The notes beneath the pieces are model-generated. The model worked only from the letters and a program-made list of their open reading frames with translations. It was not told the origin of the DNA and did not search any database. A DNA stretch of 64,000 bases, filler included, from Blastocystis sp. subtype 4 (Eukaryota), in assembly GCF_000743755.1 (NCBI RefSeq). It is 11 parts of 11 records of this genome, joined end to end, with 100 filler letters (N's around TTAATTAATTAA, not from the genome) between each part and the next. Parts side by side here need not be neighbours in the genome. Positions count along the whole stretch, not along the records: positions 1 to 6,143 come from NW_014569110.1; positions 6,244 to 12,350 come from NW_014569109.1; positions 12,451 to 18,520 come from NW_014569108.1; 8 more parts are not named here. One strand, 5' to 3'. The translations under genes were made by a program, and so were the position numbers. This document shows positions 1 to 13,620 of this stretch, piece after piece (the stretch's first letter is position 1; every line of letters begins with the position of its first letter).

Positions 1-53
1 ACCCATCCGTTGTGGCCACGAAGGCATCCACGAAGACTCAGTTGAGCAGACAT
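1..53 (-). CDS. RACK1: RACK1 (WD40 ribosomal protein), 5' fragment running off the window
   Basis: Reads MSAQLSLRGCLRGHNGWV, matching the RACK1 N-terminus (LRGTLxGHNGWV). Confidence 0.85.
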   Translation of the reverse strand, partial: MSAQLSLRGCLRGHNGW

Positions 54-287
54 CGTCTATTCCAACGGGTTAGATCCATTGGTTTCATCCAAATCACATT
101 TCAATGACTGCACGTTCACTTACAACAAGAAATCGACTTATTCGAATTGAATCTGGGATAGTGGAGGAATGAATAATGAAACCGCTATCTTGGATGGTTC
201 ATTCAATTATACTGAGTTGAATACAACTCCAAACCGGTCTTCGATAAACAAACAATCTCTTACAACTCCATACCTAGGTACAGGTTG

Positions 288-3175
288 TTACATCTTAGAA
301 CTAACAACTCCATCCTTATACGTAAAGAGAGATCCATATGTAGTGAAAAACGATTCCAATGCTTGAACACTAATTGATTCAGCACTAGGATTAATTTATT
401 TCCTTACCGATTACCTATAAAATAGGTTCACTTGAATGTTAGTTGCCACCATCTGAATAGGTACTCCAACATTACTTTGCAAAACTAATTGCTTTGTCAG
501 ATTAATTAGGTACATGTCACGCTGTTGGCACTCTATTCCCTCATCAAACTTCTTCTTCCGTACTTGGCCAACTCACTAAGTAACGCTCTGATAAGAGAAT
601 ATCCTTCAATAGATCAATGCACATCTTCTCATCCTGAGCAGATTTTCCAGGTAACAAATTATTACTGAAGAACAGCTCATGAGAAATCACTATATCAAAA
701 GAGATAACATTTCTTACCATCTTCTTGAATAATGAAAACTGATGAAACAGACAATAACACAGATCGCAAGAACTCCATATTCTGATGGACAATTGTATCA
801 CTTGGTTTTGATGAATTGGACGTTCCTTCCAATTTCCGCCGTATTGTAGGACATGATGAAACGTGTCCTTTGAACTCATCTGAAGTGATAATACGATAAT
901 ACATTTCTGTTAATGAGATTTGTTCTCTAAATCGTAATGTGCTCATGACAGCTAGCATTCATTCTTATTCAAGTCACCTACAAGAAAATATGACAAGAAG
1001 AATCTCGGCATCTTCTGAAGTCAGTTGGACAACAGATATCTGATTCTACACATCAAATCAGTTTTGCATCCTCACGGGTCGTTCACATTTTCCATAACCC
1101 AATTCAATAAGATTACCTCCGATCATAACTCCCTGCATACGATGCTGAGCAGCTATAGCTGAAGCTTCTTCATAGAAATCGATGAAAACACAATTCTTCT
1201 CGTAGAGAATGTTAATATTCTCAATAGGACCGAAAGACTCAAAGAGATTACGAAGTTCATTCACAGACACAGTACGAGTATTGATATTCCCAAGCCACAG
1301 ATGTCGTGATGGTTGCTAGGTATCAACCAGTGTATTCATACTCACAATGATTTTCGATCTCCGTTCTGAAATATCCTTCTCCTTCTTAGCAAAGGAGATG
1401 TTTCCCTTCCATTTTGGTTGTTTTGTGAGTGTAGAACGAGCCACTTCTGCTTCTTCACTCTTCACAAAATACACGAAGGCATAACGACGCTCTACCATTC
1501 ATAATATCCTCATTTTCTACCTCCTTGGTGAACAATTTTCACATCTTCAATTTCACCAAACTGACCAAATTCAATTCGAAGACTCTCTTCAGAAGCATGC
1601 AGCCCTACATTCCCAACATGAAGACATCTTGACACCGTAGTCAATTTGACTGCTAGCCATCATTCCACTCTTGAATACTTACGCTCCATACCTCGGCCCG
1701 ACAAAGAGGAAGGTTGAGTATCTCCTTCTGGATAGAGAGATCCTTTCTCTCCAGAGAGATTGGTGATAACTTCAGGAGCCAAAGAAACGAAATCACTCTT
1801 AGGAATACGAGTTACCTACATAAGAATCACCAATATCAAACATACAACAAAATACTGTGGATACTTTTCAAGCATATTCAATAAACCAAGATACTTCTCA
1901 CGGATACCAGATAACAAATCTGTTCCAAATGTATCACGAACTCGATTTCCTAACTCCACAGCTTTGAGCTTATAATTTTGAGAATTACGTAGAAGGTTAC
2001 AGATATAATCAATTACTTTAGAAATCAAACCCTATACCTCAGAACCAATCATCACATTTACTTCAGGTATGTTTGAACCTCGAAACACCGGATGATTACT
2101 GCGGGAAGATTCACTCAGTACTTCACCACTATCCAGAGACAACTGATCAGAATGACCAGTATGACCAGCAGATCTAGAACGAATTCGACTGCGTTTCGAG
2201 TGATCTTCTGGCATCAATGATATATAATATACTCCATTCTCTCGGGAAATGTAGAAATCGAGAGGAAATTGTTGGACGAACCTGTATAGTCCATAGAATT
2301 CGTTTTCAATAATCTCATACCACTCACTACTTGCTACGTACAACAAATCAGCAAGAGTATTAAGTTGCATGTAACCATCATTCTGCCATTAAGAAACCAA
2401 TACAAAAACTACCTTGTAAATGACACCCCAAACCCATTTGAACAAGTCTTCGTACATTTGTTCACTGGACACATGAGAAAACACATAACGAAATGAACTA
2501 TTGGGGTTTTTACGCAGTGGAGAAGTTTCTCTTGATAAACTACGGACACGACGATACTAAGGGTCACTTGATATCATTCTTCGTTACATCACTCCCAGTA
2601 TCAAATTCAACTGGAGTTTTATCTTCTATATTGTCGAAAAAGTCGTACTGACCACCATTAATGCGAGGAGGTGTAAATAGCGGTGTTGAAGTATCTGTAA
2701 GTTAGTTACAATACCTACAATATACCATCTGAATAACCCCGTTGACGGAAACCTTGATAATCAGAATAACAATCAAGTTTTGCTGCCACGCCCAGCTATG
2801 TTATGAAAAACAGAGAACCATATACAGGTGAGTCTAGTAAGTCGATATTGGGGGTTAATGACTTCGGTCGTCTTACGCTCTTATCGCTTCGGCTAAGACA
2901 TGAGTAATCCGATAATATATTTATCGGAGCTCTGCTACCCAATGTGCTTGATGGAGATAGCTCTAAATGTCACAACTATGTAAACAACAATCACCTCCTG
3001 CAGTGTCCCAGCTCCCTATTGGTTGCTTCGGAGATAGAGGATTTGGAGATGATCCTTTTGATGAATCTATATTGTTAACTATCTCAATCTAACTACTATC
3101 AAAGATGTCATACTGACCTCTTCCACTACGTGAAAAGGAAGCCTGCTGAGGTGCAAAATTGAACAGGGACGACAT
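288..3175 (-). CDS. Multi-exon RNA-binding protein with RRMs and two LOTUS/OST-HTH-like segments
   Basis: ATG at 3175 (MSSLFNFAPQ). RRM motifs HLWLGNI...NCVFIDF and RYAFVYF. Helical segments AVELGNRVRD...KYLGLLNMLEKYPQYF and LNTLADLL...FYGLYRFVQQFPLDF. TGTTTGTT at 254-247. The 3' end is approximate. Confidence 0.65.
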
Positions 3176-3288
3176 CAAGCAATTCTTTATAACAATCTAA
3201 AGGATTCCAGAAATATGTCTCATTCTGGTTACGAACTATATGCTCTTGCTTATCGTAACAAACAATGTTCACACGTTTATAAATTTGG

Positions 3289-6143
3289 TTAATCGGAAAA
3301 ATCCGAGTTCATATCATTACCCCAGTCATCATCGGAAATCTATCCATCAATCCTCATGTTGAACTCTTACATCATCACTTGCCTCTTCTTTCCTTGGAGC
3401 TGATTGGGCAGGTGCTACTACTGAGTCCTGTTGTACAGGACTAGCAGTCTGAATGGGCGTCTTCACGACAGTAGTAGCAGGAAGTTGCGTAACAATCTCA
3501 GAACTATAATCACACTTTCCATCCTCAGCCTACGTCTGTTCTATTCCTACTTCCTCAAAAACATTACCAGGGACCACCACTGGCTTCTTTGTCACACGAC
3601 GAGAAGATGATTTTGAGGATTTAAGGGACATGGGAGCTACTGGTGCAGCAACCATAGCCTTCAATGTGACTTCCACAAAACACCTACTTGTTTGGGCTGT
3701 GAAACAGGAGATTCATAACGATGGTGATGTCGTGATTCTCTTCGTCCACTGTGACGAGATTTGTGATGCTTCTCTACCGGCTTGGTATGAGCCATATCCA
3801 CAGCCACCTCCATTCTATCACTATCTGTGGGATCTCCAAAAACAGGAGACACATTGATAGGAGTGATCGTACGTGCCTGATGACACACACTACAAATGGA
3901 TGTATTGGGGTTGTTACTGCTCCGACACACATCACAAACCCAATTGCGACCACTCACTAATTTGCCTACATTATCACTCGTTGCTTTGACCCCAGGACGA
4001 CGAAGCAGAGACTGCTTCTCTGGCTCCTCACGACTATAAATCATTATCATTCATTATACTAACGGAGCAAAGAACAAATCAAAGAATTCAGGTCGTCTGA
4101 ATAGAATGATAAGTCCCAGAATTCCTCCACCCACAAACAGAATAACGAATGATAGGCGAACGATACTCCAGAACGAAGTATTCTTATCACGTGGAATAGT
4201 GATCACATCTGAGGCAGCTTTGTATGTACCACTTCGAATAGAAACATCATCCCCAATCAAACACTGTAGCAAATAGTCCTTCTTTGGATCCGTATGAGAG
4301 AAATAGTAACCACGACGCTGATCAGGATTGATAACCATGCTGTTACGAGTCACACCATTTTTGTTCATTAACTTACAGAGACTGTTCTTTTGGGAGTTTG
4401 TGAAATAGGAGAAGCGAATGACCTCCTTTTCACGACGAATATCCGAAATAGAAATAACCACTATTATTGATATTCTCAAATCAATCCTTACATTTGGTTG
4501 TAGTAAATGCTTTAGCTAATGTAGCAATATTCTCTTCCATTGGTACTCCAGTGTTCGATTCGGCATAGCAGAAAGCTCGATAACTCCTATCTGGTTTGAG
4601 ATCACCAATCATCATAGTGCCTGATTCTGCAAAGTAATGTTGTTGAGTAGAGATGATTTCAAGAGTAGAAGGAACAGGATCTTCCAAAGGACGTGAAATA
4701 CACCACACATAGATAGGAGAATGAGATATGATTTGAAGATCAGCTGAGTAAGGATGACTATTCAGAACTATGAAGGAAAACTTAGGAGGATCATCACTCA
4801 GTGTTGACTGGTTCCCCTCTTCGTGGTTGGTATCATCATCTTGACCATCATCATCAATAACAAGATGCTTTTGAACAGTTTGCGAGATAACTTTCGAACC
4901 CGTTTCTTTCTTCTGTGTCTTCTTAGGAGTTACTTCCTCCTCTTCTTCCTCCTTCTGTTTCTTGGAAGTCACTTCTTCTTCCTCTTCATCACCTTCTTCC
5001 TTTTGTGTCTTCTTAGGAGTCTCTTCCTCCTCTTCCTCCTCCTCTTCCTTCTGTTTCTTGGAAGTCTCTTCTTCTTCTTCTTCTTCTTCCTCCTCACCTT
5101 CTTCCTTTTGTGTCTTCTTAGAAGTATCTTCCTCCTCTTCCTCTTCCTCCTCACTTTCTTCCTTCTGTGTCTTCTTAGGAGCCTCTTCCTCCTCTTCCTC
5201 TTCTTCCTCCTTCTGTTTCTTGGAAGTCTCTTCTTCTTCTTCTTCTTCCTCCTCACCTTCTTCCTTTTGTGTCTTCTTAGGAGCCTCTTCCTCCTCTTCC
5301 TCTTCCTCCTCACTTTCTTCCTTTTGTGTCTTCTTAGGAGTCTCTTCCTCCTCTTCCTCTTCCTTCTGTGTCTTCTTAGAAGTATCTTCCTCCTCTTCAT
5401 CACCTTCTTCCTTTTGTGTCTTCTTAGGAGTCTCTTCCTCCTCTTCCTCCTCCTCTTCCTTCTGTTTCTTGGAAGTCTCTTCTTCTTCTTCCTCCTCACC
5501 TTCTTCCTTTTGTGTCTTCTTAGGAGCCTCTTCCTCTTCCTTCTGTTTCTTGGAAGTCACTTCCTCCTCTTCCTCTTCCTTCTGTGTCTTCTTAGAAGTC
5601 TCTTCTTCTTCTTCCTCCTCACCTTCTTCCTTTTGTGTCTTCTTAGAAGTATCTTCCTCCTCTTCCTCTTCTTCTTCCTTTTGTGTCTTCTTGGAATTCT
5701 CTTCTTCTTCTTCCTCTTCATCACCTTCTTCCTTCTGTGTCTTCTTGGAATTCTCTTCCTCCTCTTCCTCCTCCTCTTCCTTCTGTTTCTTGGAAGTCTC
5801 TTCTTCTTCCTCTTCCTCCTCACCTTCTTCCTTTTGTGTCTTCTTAGAAGTATCTTCCTCCTCTTCATCACCTTCTTCCTTCTGTGTCTTCTTGGAAGTC
5901 TCTTCTTCTTCTTCCTCTTCATCACCTTCTTCCTTTTGTGTCTTCTTGGAATTCTCTTCCTCCTCTTCCTCTTCCTTCTGTTTCTTGGAAGTCTCTTCTT
6001 CTTCCTCTTCCTTTTGTGTCTTCTTAGGAGTATCTTCCTCCTTTTCCTCTTCCTCCTTCTGTGTCTTCTTAGGAGTATCTTCTTCTTCCTCCTCTTCCTC
6101 CTCACCTTCTTCCTTCTGTGTCTTCTTAGAAGTCACTTCTTTT
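3289..6143 (-). CDS. Type I membrane protein with a Glu/Lys-rich repeat ectodomain, TM helix and cytoplasmic RanBP2-type Zn finger (5' truncated)
   Basis: ORFs 4481-6136, 4054-4479 (TM LSFVILFVGGGILGLIILF) and 3661-4050 (WVCDVC...CSVC) join via short introns. Ends DDWGNDMNSDFSD-TAA at 3289, with TGTTTGTT at 3264-3257. Confidence 0.7.
4900..6143 (-). repeat. Coding low-complexity modular repeat: (S/P)KK(T)QKEE(G/S)E(n)T units
   Basis: About 30 variable-length units; the + strand is almost entirely C/T. Confidence 0.95.
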
Positions 6144-6243
6144 NNNNNNNNNNNNNNNNNNNNNNNNNNNNNNNNNNNNNNNNNNNNTTAATTAATTAAN
6201 NNNNNNNNNNNNNNNNNNNNNNNNNNNNNNNNNNNNNNNNNNN
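6144..6243. other. Artificial contig spacer
   Basis: 44 N + TTAATTAATTAA (stops in all six frames) + 44 N. Confidence 0.99.
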
Positions 6244-6470
6244 TTCTCATTCTCTTTCACTTCTATCACTTCTTCTCCTCTCTTACATACTCCTCTCATT
6301 TCTCCTTTATCAACATTCAAACTCAACATACAATTCTTATTACTATTCAATACACTCTCTTTCAAGTACTCTTTCCACTTCATTCTCCACTCTACTTCAT
6401 TCATCTTCTTTGATATTGATTCAACATTATCTACTTTCACTCTCTTATCATCACTCATTATCCTATTCAA
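6244..6470 (-). CDS. Fragment of a purine-skewed hypothetical ORF running into the gap
   Basis: Open frame (SDDKRVKVDNVESISKKMNEVEWRMKWKEYL) with strong A/G skew; no family recognised. Confidence 0.3.
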
Positions 6471-6887
6471 ATCTGAACTATTGACCTTTCCATTGGATGA
6501 TACCTAAAACTGATTCACGGGAATCAATTCAATTCATCAATATCACTACTGATCCTTATAGAATAAGCATAAATGGATCATTTCAGATGAACAGAGATGA
6601 AATCACAAGAATACTTTCTCAACCGCTCTACCATTACTGTGCTGTATCACTTTAAATCTATAAAGAGTACCTCACAATTACTCCCTTCTGAAATCTAAAA
6701 GGCAGAAGGGCACTGTTGATGGAATACCATAAATTAGAAGCCTCTAGGCAAATTGGTAAGCGGCATTCTGGGACTTCCAGAGTGCCCTTATTCAAATCTC
6801 TTCCAACAATCCTTTTTCTTGAATTAGTGATCATATAACTCATGAAGGGTGAGTACATCGACTAAACACGACATTCATTATTAACTA

Positions 6888-8364
6888 ATGCAAAAACTTC
6901 CTCCAGTAGATGATACTGTCATACTTGAGGGCTTGATAAAATATCGGTTCGTTCATCATATTCGATCAACGAGACTTAAGTGTGCCAAGGATACACTATT
7001 AGCAGGATGTTTTGTATTTATTCCTGTAGACATGTCCCTACCAATCCATCTGAAAAGGAAAGATATTTGTTTGGGATATCCTTGTTGTTTACTTCTAGTG
7101 AATCATATAGCAACTCGAATTGATGATTATCAGTACCTAACACTCTCTAAAAAGACGATTTCGCTTATAGGAACCGAGATAAGGACAGAGAAAGGGTTTT
7201 CCGAAATGAGACTGTTATCCTATTCAAAGTGTTATCAGTTGAGCTATAAATTATCTTGTGAAGTATTTGGTCTGAGTGTTCCACTGGACTCTGGAACTAA
7301 CGATTATGAGCTGACTGTCTTTATTGTGAACGCACCCTTTGTTGAACTTCTGTAGTTGTATCATAGTTAGGAACGAGGTGTTTTGAGTCCTCCTTCCGAT
7401 GAACTACTTCCATTAAGTCAATTGGAAATGTACATTTGATTGCCCATTAATGATCTAGTCATATGGCATATATGAATTATCATTGTGAATTGCAGCCCCT
7501 ATTAACTAAACTTCGACATTGCGCTCATCTTCTCACCTCTGTTCAGGATGGTCGACCATCGCAGAATTCACTTTACTACTTGAAAGAAATATCCCCTACA
7601 GCCCATCCAATCGCGAATATCAAAGAAGAATTGATAACTGAGGGCAAGAAGTATTACGAGAGTGTCCAACAAGTAATGACAGAGATTTGCAGAGTTCTTC
7701 CAGAATGTCGGTTACGTAAGTCCATCTTCTTCTATTCTTTGCACCACTGTACCTTACATTCAATTACAGCACGAATCATACCAACAATCCTTGAATGTTG
7801 TCGTGATCAGATTGCCCAGTTTGATCAGGCTCGAAATCAAATGATGATGATTACTCTTGAAGAACTTCATGTTCCCAAGGAATTTTGTTGCAATGTAAGA
7901 AGAATGAAGTATGTTCACTTCTAGTTCACTTCTGTTCAGGCACAATTTAATTGCAGTTATTTTGACTTTAATTACCATCCAGAAAGTGTTCTTCCGTTAT
8001 CACTTCTTCAATGTTGGAATCAGCTAATCACGGATATTCGATACCAAATCAATATGGAGATTCATCGAAATACCCAAAAGCGACTGAGTATGAAGAGTAG
8101 AAGTATATATGTGAATAGTGAAGTAGATGCTGTTCTGTCGACAGATGATCTGATTTCTATTGTTATCTTCATTTTAGTGAAATCGTACACATGTAGGAGC
8201 CTAATCAGACATAGAAGTTTGTCATCATCATTGCCAGCTCATTTCGTTATTATTGATGCCTTCTCTCCTTGTGAACTATCTTGTTCTGTTCTTGGATTTG
8301 CTTATGGGATTATGGAAACAGCCATGATGTGGATTCTCAAAGCAGCTGGGACACGTTCTCATTA
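6888..8364 (+). CDS. VPS9-domain protein (Rab5-family GEF-like)
   Basis: STDDLISIVIFILVKS...LGFAYGIMETAMMWI resembles the VPS9 core. The stop is inferred to be made by polyadenylation at 8363-8364. Confidence 0.7.
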
Positions 8365-8396
8365 CTCTTGTTTACAACAAACACAGTCTAAATCAA

Positions 8397-11300
8397 TTAG
8401 TGAAATTCAATCTCTTCACACACATCTCCTAAAGATTCTTTCAGATTCTGAATCAGATCAAAGACATCTCGTACAAGCATTACATCTTCCTTTGTGTTCC
8501 CTGTTCCTTTCTGTACAGGGAAGCAATGGCTTACACTTGCCATACTCATTTTACCAGGCAAGAAATATCCTGGATTCCAGGCAATTCCAATCTTTTTGCC
8601 CCATACAGTATTCATCATTACCACACCTCCATTTCCAATAACCTCTTTTACTGCTTCCAAAATCACTCGTTCAGGTCGATATCCAACAAGGAACTTATTA
8701 CGATCCATCATCACATTCTTATACTCCTTACAGAGATAGGCTGCTCCACGGGTATTCGTCTTTCTACCCAACAAACGAATCCACTTTGGGATAGGATTCA
8801 GATATTCATCTCGAAGTTTTAGTACCATATCAAAATCATGCAATGAGGGAGTGAAGAGGCTATGACAATCAACATCTTCCCACCATGTCTTCAATGCCTG
8901 CTTCAAGGTTATGCGGGCTGTAGCTACTAGACGAGACCATACTGCTGGCTGGATCATTCGTGTGAGAATGGATTGAGGGTCTCGAGGAGACACCACACAA
9001 CATGCCCATTTCTGTGTGGCCTCCTGACGTTCAGTGTCAACAGACTTTACCATCTCCTGGACCTTGGTAGGAGTTAGTACTTGATTGATGTTCACACAGA
9101 GAGTCGTTTCAGACCAAGGGAAAGTAGATAAGAAGTATAAGAAGCGTAAGAATGCTTCCACAGGATGCAAAGGACTCTGTTTGGTAAAGACTTCTAAGAT
9201 CAACTCATCCAATAACGCCTCAGGAATAGAGTTGGTGAACATGTGAGCAGTAAACCAATACTTAACTAAACGCAAAGAAGGTAAGAAAGCAGGATTCTGT
9301 AACACAGCATTCTTCAAGGTTTCTTGATGCGATGGAAGGAATTCAAAAGTAAGGAATCGTTTCTGATATTCCTCTCGAGAAAGAGTATTAGCTCGCATCA
9401 TTTTCCTTGCCATCTCAACCTCACGATCTGTATATGGCAGACAACGGAAGCAGTATCCTTCTGAATACACATCAATCCATGTAGCTGCTACATGACACTC
9501 ATATCCACACTTCTCTAACCTAAGAATCATTCATTTAATATTTTAGAACCTTGTACTAATCGTCGTGGCCCAAATTGTTTTCACTTCATCCAGAACTGTC
9601 ACATCACTTGGTAAACCAGTTCCTCCTTGAATCTATTGTCATATTCCTTTCATATTTCATACACGAATTGCCAATTCAATTGGTTTTATAACATTGTACT
9701 GTTTGTGGCCAGAAGTAGGAAGATTACTATTTAGATATGGAGAAGGACGAACAGTCATCAGACAACATCCATTCAAATCATATGAAATTGGTTCAACAGT
9801 ACTAATATGAGCTCCTAAATCAATTCCAGAATTATGGTCATATTCGTTAATTTGGTTCCTAATTACATTACATAATTGGGTACATGTATCCATTACTAAG
9901 CATTATCAATTTCATCATATCATACATTTGGAGTCCATAATCGGAGGAATGAACTCTGCTAATGGCTGGAATAACACTTTCAATTCTGTTACAGCAAGAG
10001 TATGCAATGATAATACATGACGGAGTATTTCTACGGGAACCATATAATTCTGACCAGGTTTACAAGACCATACTATCTATCAACACACTCTCTCATGCCT
10101 ACTATTAGTATATTGAATTGATCCATCTTTGTAACGACGTAATTCACTCTTGTTACCCCACAGTGCTAACCATGGCTCCACTTCAGGTGTCCGAGCTTGA
10201 GGACCACGATCAGCAAAACGAGAGATATTATCAGGATTGAGAGTGAGACACAGAAGGAGATAATGAGGCTTTGAATAGGCCTAGAATTGAAGGATGATAT
10301 GAAAACATACTTCTGTGGGTGACCATGTACAGTTATTCATATATTGACTACGAACAATCACTGCACGATTCATGAGTCCTCGTCTTGCCCAATCCTCTAC
10401 ATCTCTCTGTGCTGCAATATACTGAGGATAATTCAAATCTTCATTCTTCTCCGCATACATGTGTTCCTTCTCAAGATCAGCAATCGTTAATCTAGGCTCA
10501 CATATCCTCTATATTTCTACTTCAGGACTACGTCATACTGAAGTGGAAGTACTTTCGCTTCTCCGAAGAGGTCAGTAATCATGGTAGGATCATAGGCAGA
10601 TCGAATACTCTCACACTGATGCATTGCTCTCTGTTTGATCTCCATCATCATTGCTTGAGTGACACGATAACTCACAATATAGCCAAACGAATCATCAATA
10701 AGTTGAAAAGCAGGTATATTCAAGTCATCACAAGGAGTTTCAACTTTATCTTTGCTTCGGAAATGAAGAGGAATGGTAACGTCCAATTTTGCTATCGTTG
10801 AGCCTTATCTCAATCCATACCTAACGCATCCAACATCACCATGAAACACTGCCATACTGACATAATCTCTGTGATTCGACCTTGCTGGACCAAGACAGCC
10901 AGAAGCAGTGTCATTAAGAATCCATTTACATGAGAATCTAAATTCGCTGTTACAAGCCATTTCTATGAATGAGTAGCATTCTCTACCCAAATACACGTAG
11001 GAGATGACTTGTTGGGAGAAGATTTGGCACTTGATGAGCCTGTTGGAGAATGAACTGAGTGTAATGATTCAACAGAATATCCTCCAGAATCGACGAGTTA
11101 TAGAACCATGTAGAAGGTAAGGATTGAGAGTCAGTAGTCACATGGACATTGTTGCGAGCTATTGCAAGTCGTTGAATAGAGAACACTGTTTCAGAAGGAA
11201 CAGGCAGAATACGAAGTGTTGTACCACATCGACAAACGTCTTTTGGAACTGTTACCAGGAGAGCAGGTTTGTCGTAGTCACCATGCATCCATTCATATTT

Positions 11301-12024
11301 CAGATTGAGCTTTGGATACTTCTTGTGAAGAGAAAGGGCGATGAATTGAAGATACAACGCACGCTTATTGAAGTATTTCCAGTTGATGATATCTCGCTCT
11401 GAAAAGCACTGCTATGAATAAACAGAATCCAACAAACTGACATCAGGAATTTGAACAGTCATATCGATCGTCATAGGAAACGATGACCGATTCTTCTGAA
11501 TGAAACTTCCAATGATGTAAACAGCTGTAGGCTTCACAAATCGCAGTTTTGTTTCGGTTTTCGTGTTGTTAACATAATGTTGATACAAAGACATTCCACT
11601 TGATGAAATCTAATAAAATCACCGCATATAATCAGAATTACATCTTTTTCAGGCAAGTGAGAAAGAAAGTTGTTGATTGTCTTCAAAAACTCGTTCACTT
11701 TGTTAGTACAGGCATGTTCAACATCTAGATTGTCAATATACTGCTGTGCCTATTTGGATAACAAATCCCAGCCAAATGAACTACCTCCATCTCCAACATC
11801 GATATTTCCACTTTCATATCTGCATCACGCATCATCTGCCTCTCTTCGAAGGAAGGTGCAGCAAAACGCGGATCATAGCTCCTCTTATGCTTCTTCACAG
11901 AAGTAGTTTCTTTCTCTTCGACAGGAGAGTCGCTATTCAGAAGTTCCTCATCAGACTCTTGGATCATGTCCTCACTCTCACTTGATATATCACTTCTGAT
12001 TGCATCATCCGATTCCGAACTCAT
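8397..12024 (-). CDS. NOL6: Nucleolar protein 6 / Utp22 (Nrap family), multi-exon
   Basis: IIGSF...IDMTVQIP, YFNKRALYL, ARNNVH...YNSSILED, WGNKSELRRYKDGSI, LRLVKYWFTAHM. ATG at 12024. Confidence 0.9.
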
Positions 12025-12143
12025 TTTTCCAGAAATGAAATTCAAACAGTGGTTCTTTATGGAGACTCAGGGATTGTGGCAACAATTCGGATGCCCAATC
12101 CTCGACCCATTTCTCTTATTATCTCTCATTGTACTCCTCGTTG

Positions 12144-12350
12144 ATGTCTGACGTTATTAAGGCTGAGGAGATTCTTCCAGACAGTACAATTTGTGGTGTT
12201 TGTGTTTATTGAATAGCCTTCAAGAAACCTGGAGCTGATACACCTGGAAAAAGAGACGATTTGGATTATGATATTGGCAATATGGAAGCTACAGATAATC
12301 ACCAAGTGAATATGGAGGTAAGAATTGTTTCTCAGACGAAATGGCTCATT
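12144..12350 (+). CDS. RRS1: Ribosome biogenesis regulator RRS1, 5' fragment
   Basis: After a 33-nt intron reads PGKRDDLDYDIGNMEATD, like the Rrs1 (L/Y)DLGNLxAxD motif. Confidence 0.65.
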
Positions 12351-12450
12351 NNNNNNNNNNNNNNNNNNNNNNNNNNNNNNNNNNNNNNNNNNNNTTAATT
12401 AATTAANNNNNNNNNNNNNNNNNNNNNNNNNNNNNNNNNNNNNNNNNNNN
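12351..12450. other. Artificial contig spacer
   Basis: N44-TTAATTAATTAA-N44. Confidence 0.99.
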
Positions 12451-13526
12451 TAAAGGATAAGATGTTGTATATTGCATCAGTATCGGATGATAAAACATGC
12501 CAGGTATTCTGTGTAAGAGTGTAACAAACAGTTCTTTCATTGGTTTGTTCTTATCCACGATACATAGGCAACAATTGATACTCGTTCATATGCTCACCAC
12601 GTGGTTGTCTTTCACTAATTTCTTTCAGTACACTCACTGCAGTATCCTAACACATGAAATTCCTCTCGATTTGGTACCTGAGAAACATGAAGGAAATCTG
12701 CTGCATCTCGAGCCGATACAAACTGTCGTTCTCGGAGAAGACGAATAAGTTTAGACCTCATTTCATCCTACATCTCAAATCATTTCTCTTGGCTACGGGA
12801 GTGATATTATCGTTAATAATGCGTGTTTCACGCACACGACGCATCTTTCTCTCTTCCAGCAGATGAGCTCGACTCTCACGTTTGTTCTATACTCAATACA
12901 ACTCATTATCCCTACTTTATCTCGTTCATCGCGACGAAGGGCATTCAACTCACGACGTTCCTTTTCGCTTAAAAAGTGCATTTCCATTCTACCTGTGATC
13001 CAGACAATTTACACCCACTCAGGATTCTGTTTACGTTTTATACGCAAGATCGATTCCTGAAACTGTTTTGTTTGGGGATTTGCTCGTGCTGAAAGGGAAA
13101 CTTTGCACGATCCGTCAAATACAATCGTGTTGTCGGAATAGGAATCGGAAAAGACTCGCACATATTTCGATCCAGCATTTTTTGACAATGTGTAGATAAA
13201 GGAATATTCATTACGATTAAATCCATGCCTCTCCATTACAGTTGGATCAAGAGTTAATGTGCTCTAAAACTGATCATCCACTCACATTTATACATTATTA
13301 TCCACCATACGCATTGTTCCAAAGGTCGTTCCAGCTATTTGTTATTCCAGATACAGGTACACCTACAGGGAAATGAATCTATCATTTGAGCAACATCTTG
13401 CTATTTGTAAATATTCAGTGCAATACATACTGGAACAGCGATGAAGAAGACTCGATCCATTTCTTTCGTCGTATTTACATTCCAACTACCTTTATTGAAA
13501 GGAGGCGAGTCTTGAGGTGTACTCAT
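12451..13526 (-). CDS. Hypothetical multi-exon protein (3' truncated)
   Basis: ATG at 13526 (MSTPQDSPPF). Collinear ORFs 13009-13236 and 12793-12987 are separated by short GT-AG introns. Confidence 0.5.
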
Positions 13527-13620
13527 TGCACAAATCGAGAAATCGTTAAAACAACAATGAGAGCATTTGCAGTTTTTTGTCTGAACAAACAAGAACAGTC
13601 AATACTATACAAGAAAAGAA

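Noticed and set aside
4823..6199. Long Leu/Phe-, Ser- and Arg/Lys-rich ORFs (4823+, 4962+, 4969-, 5557-)
   Set aside because: They are shadow frames of the stop-poor repeat. Only the Glu/Lys frame continues into non-repetitive spliced sequence.
8365..8641. Genuine antisense coding overlap of VPS9 with NOL6 (likewise VMA12/HSP20 and sirtuin 2/neighbour)
   Set aside because: Better explained by polyA-made stops or a final short intron.
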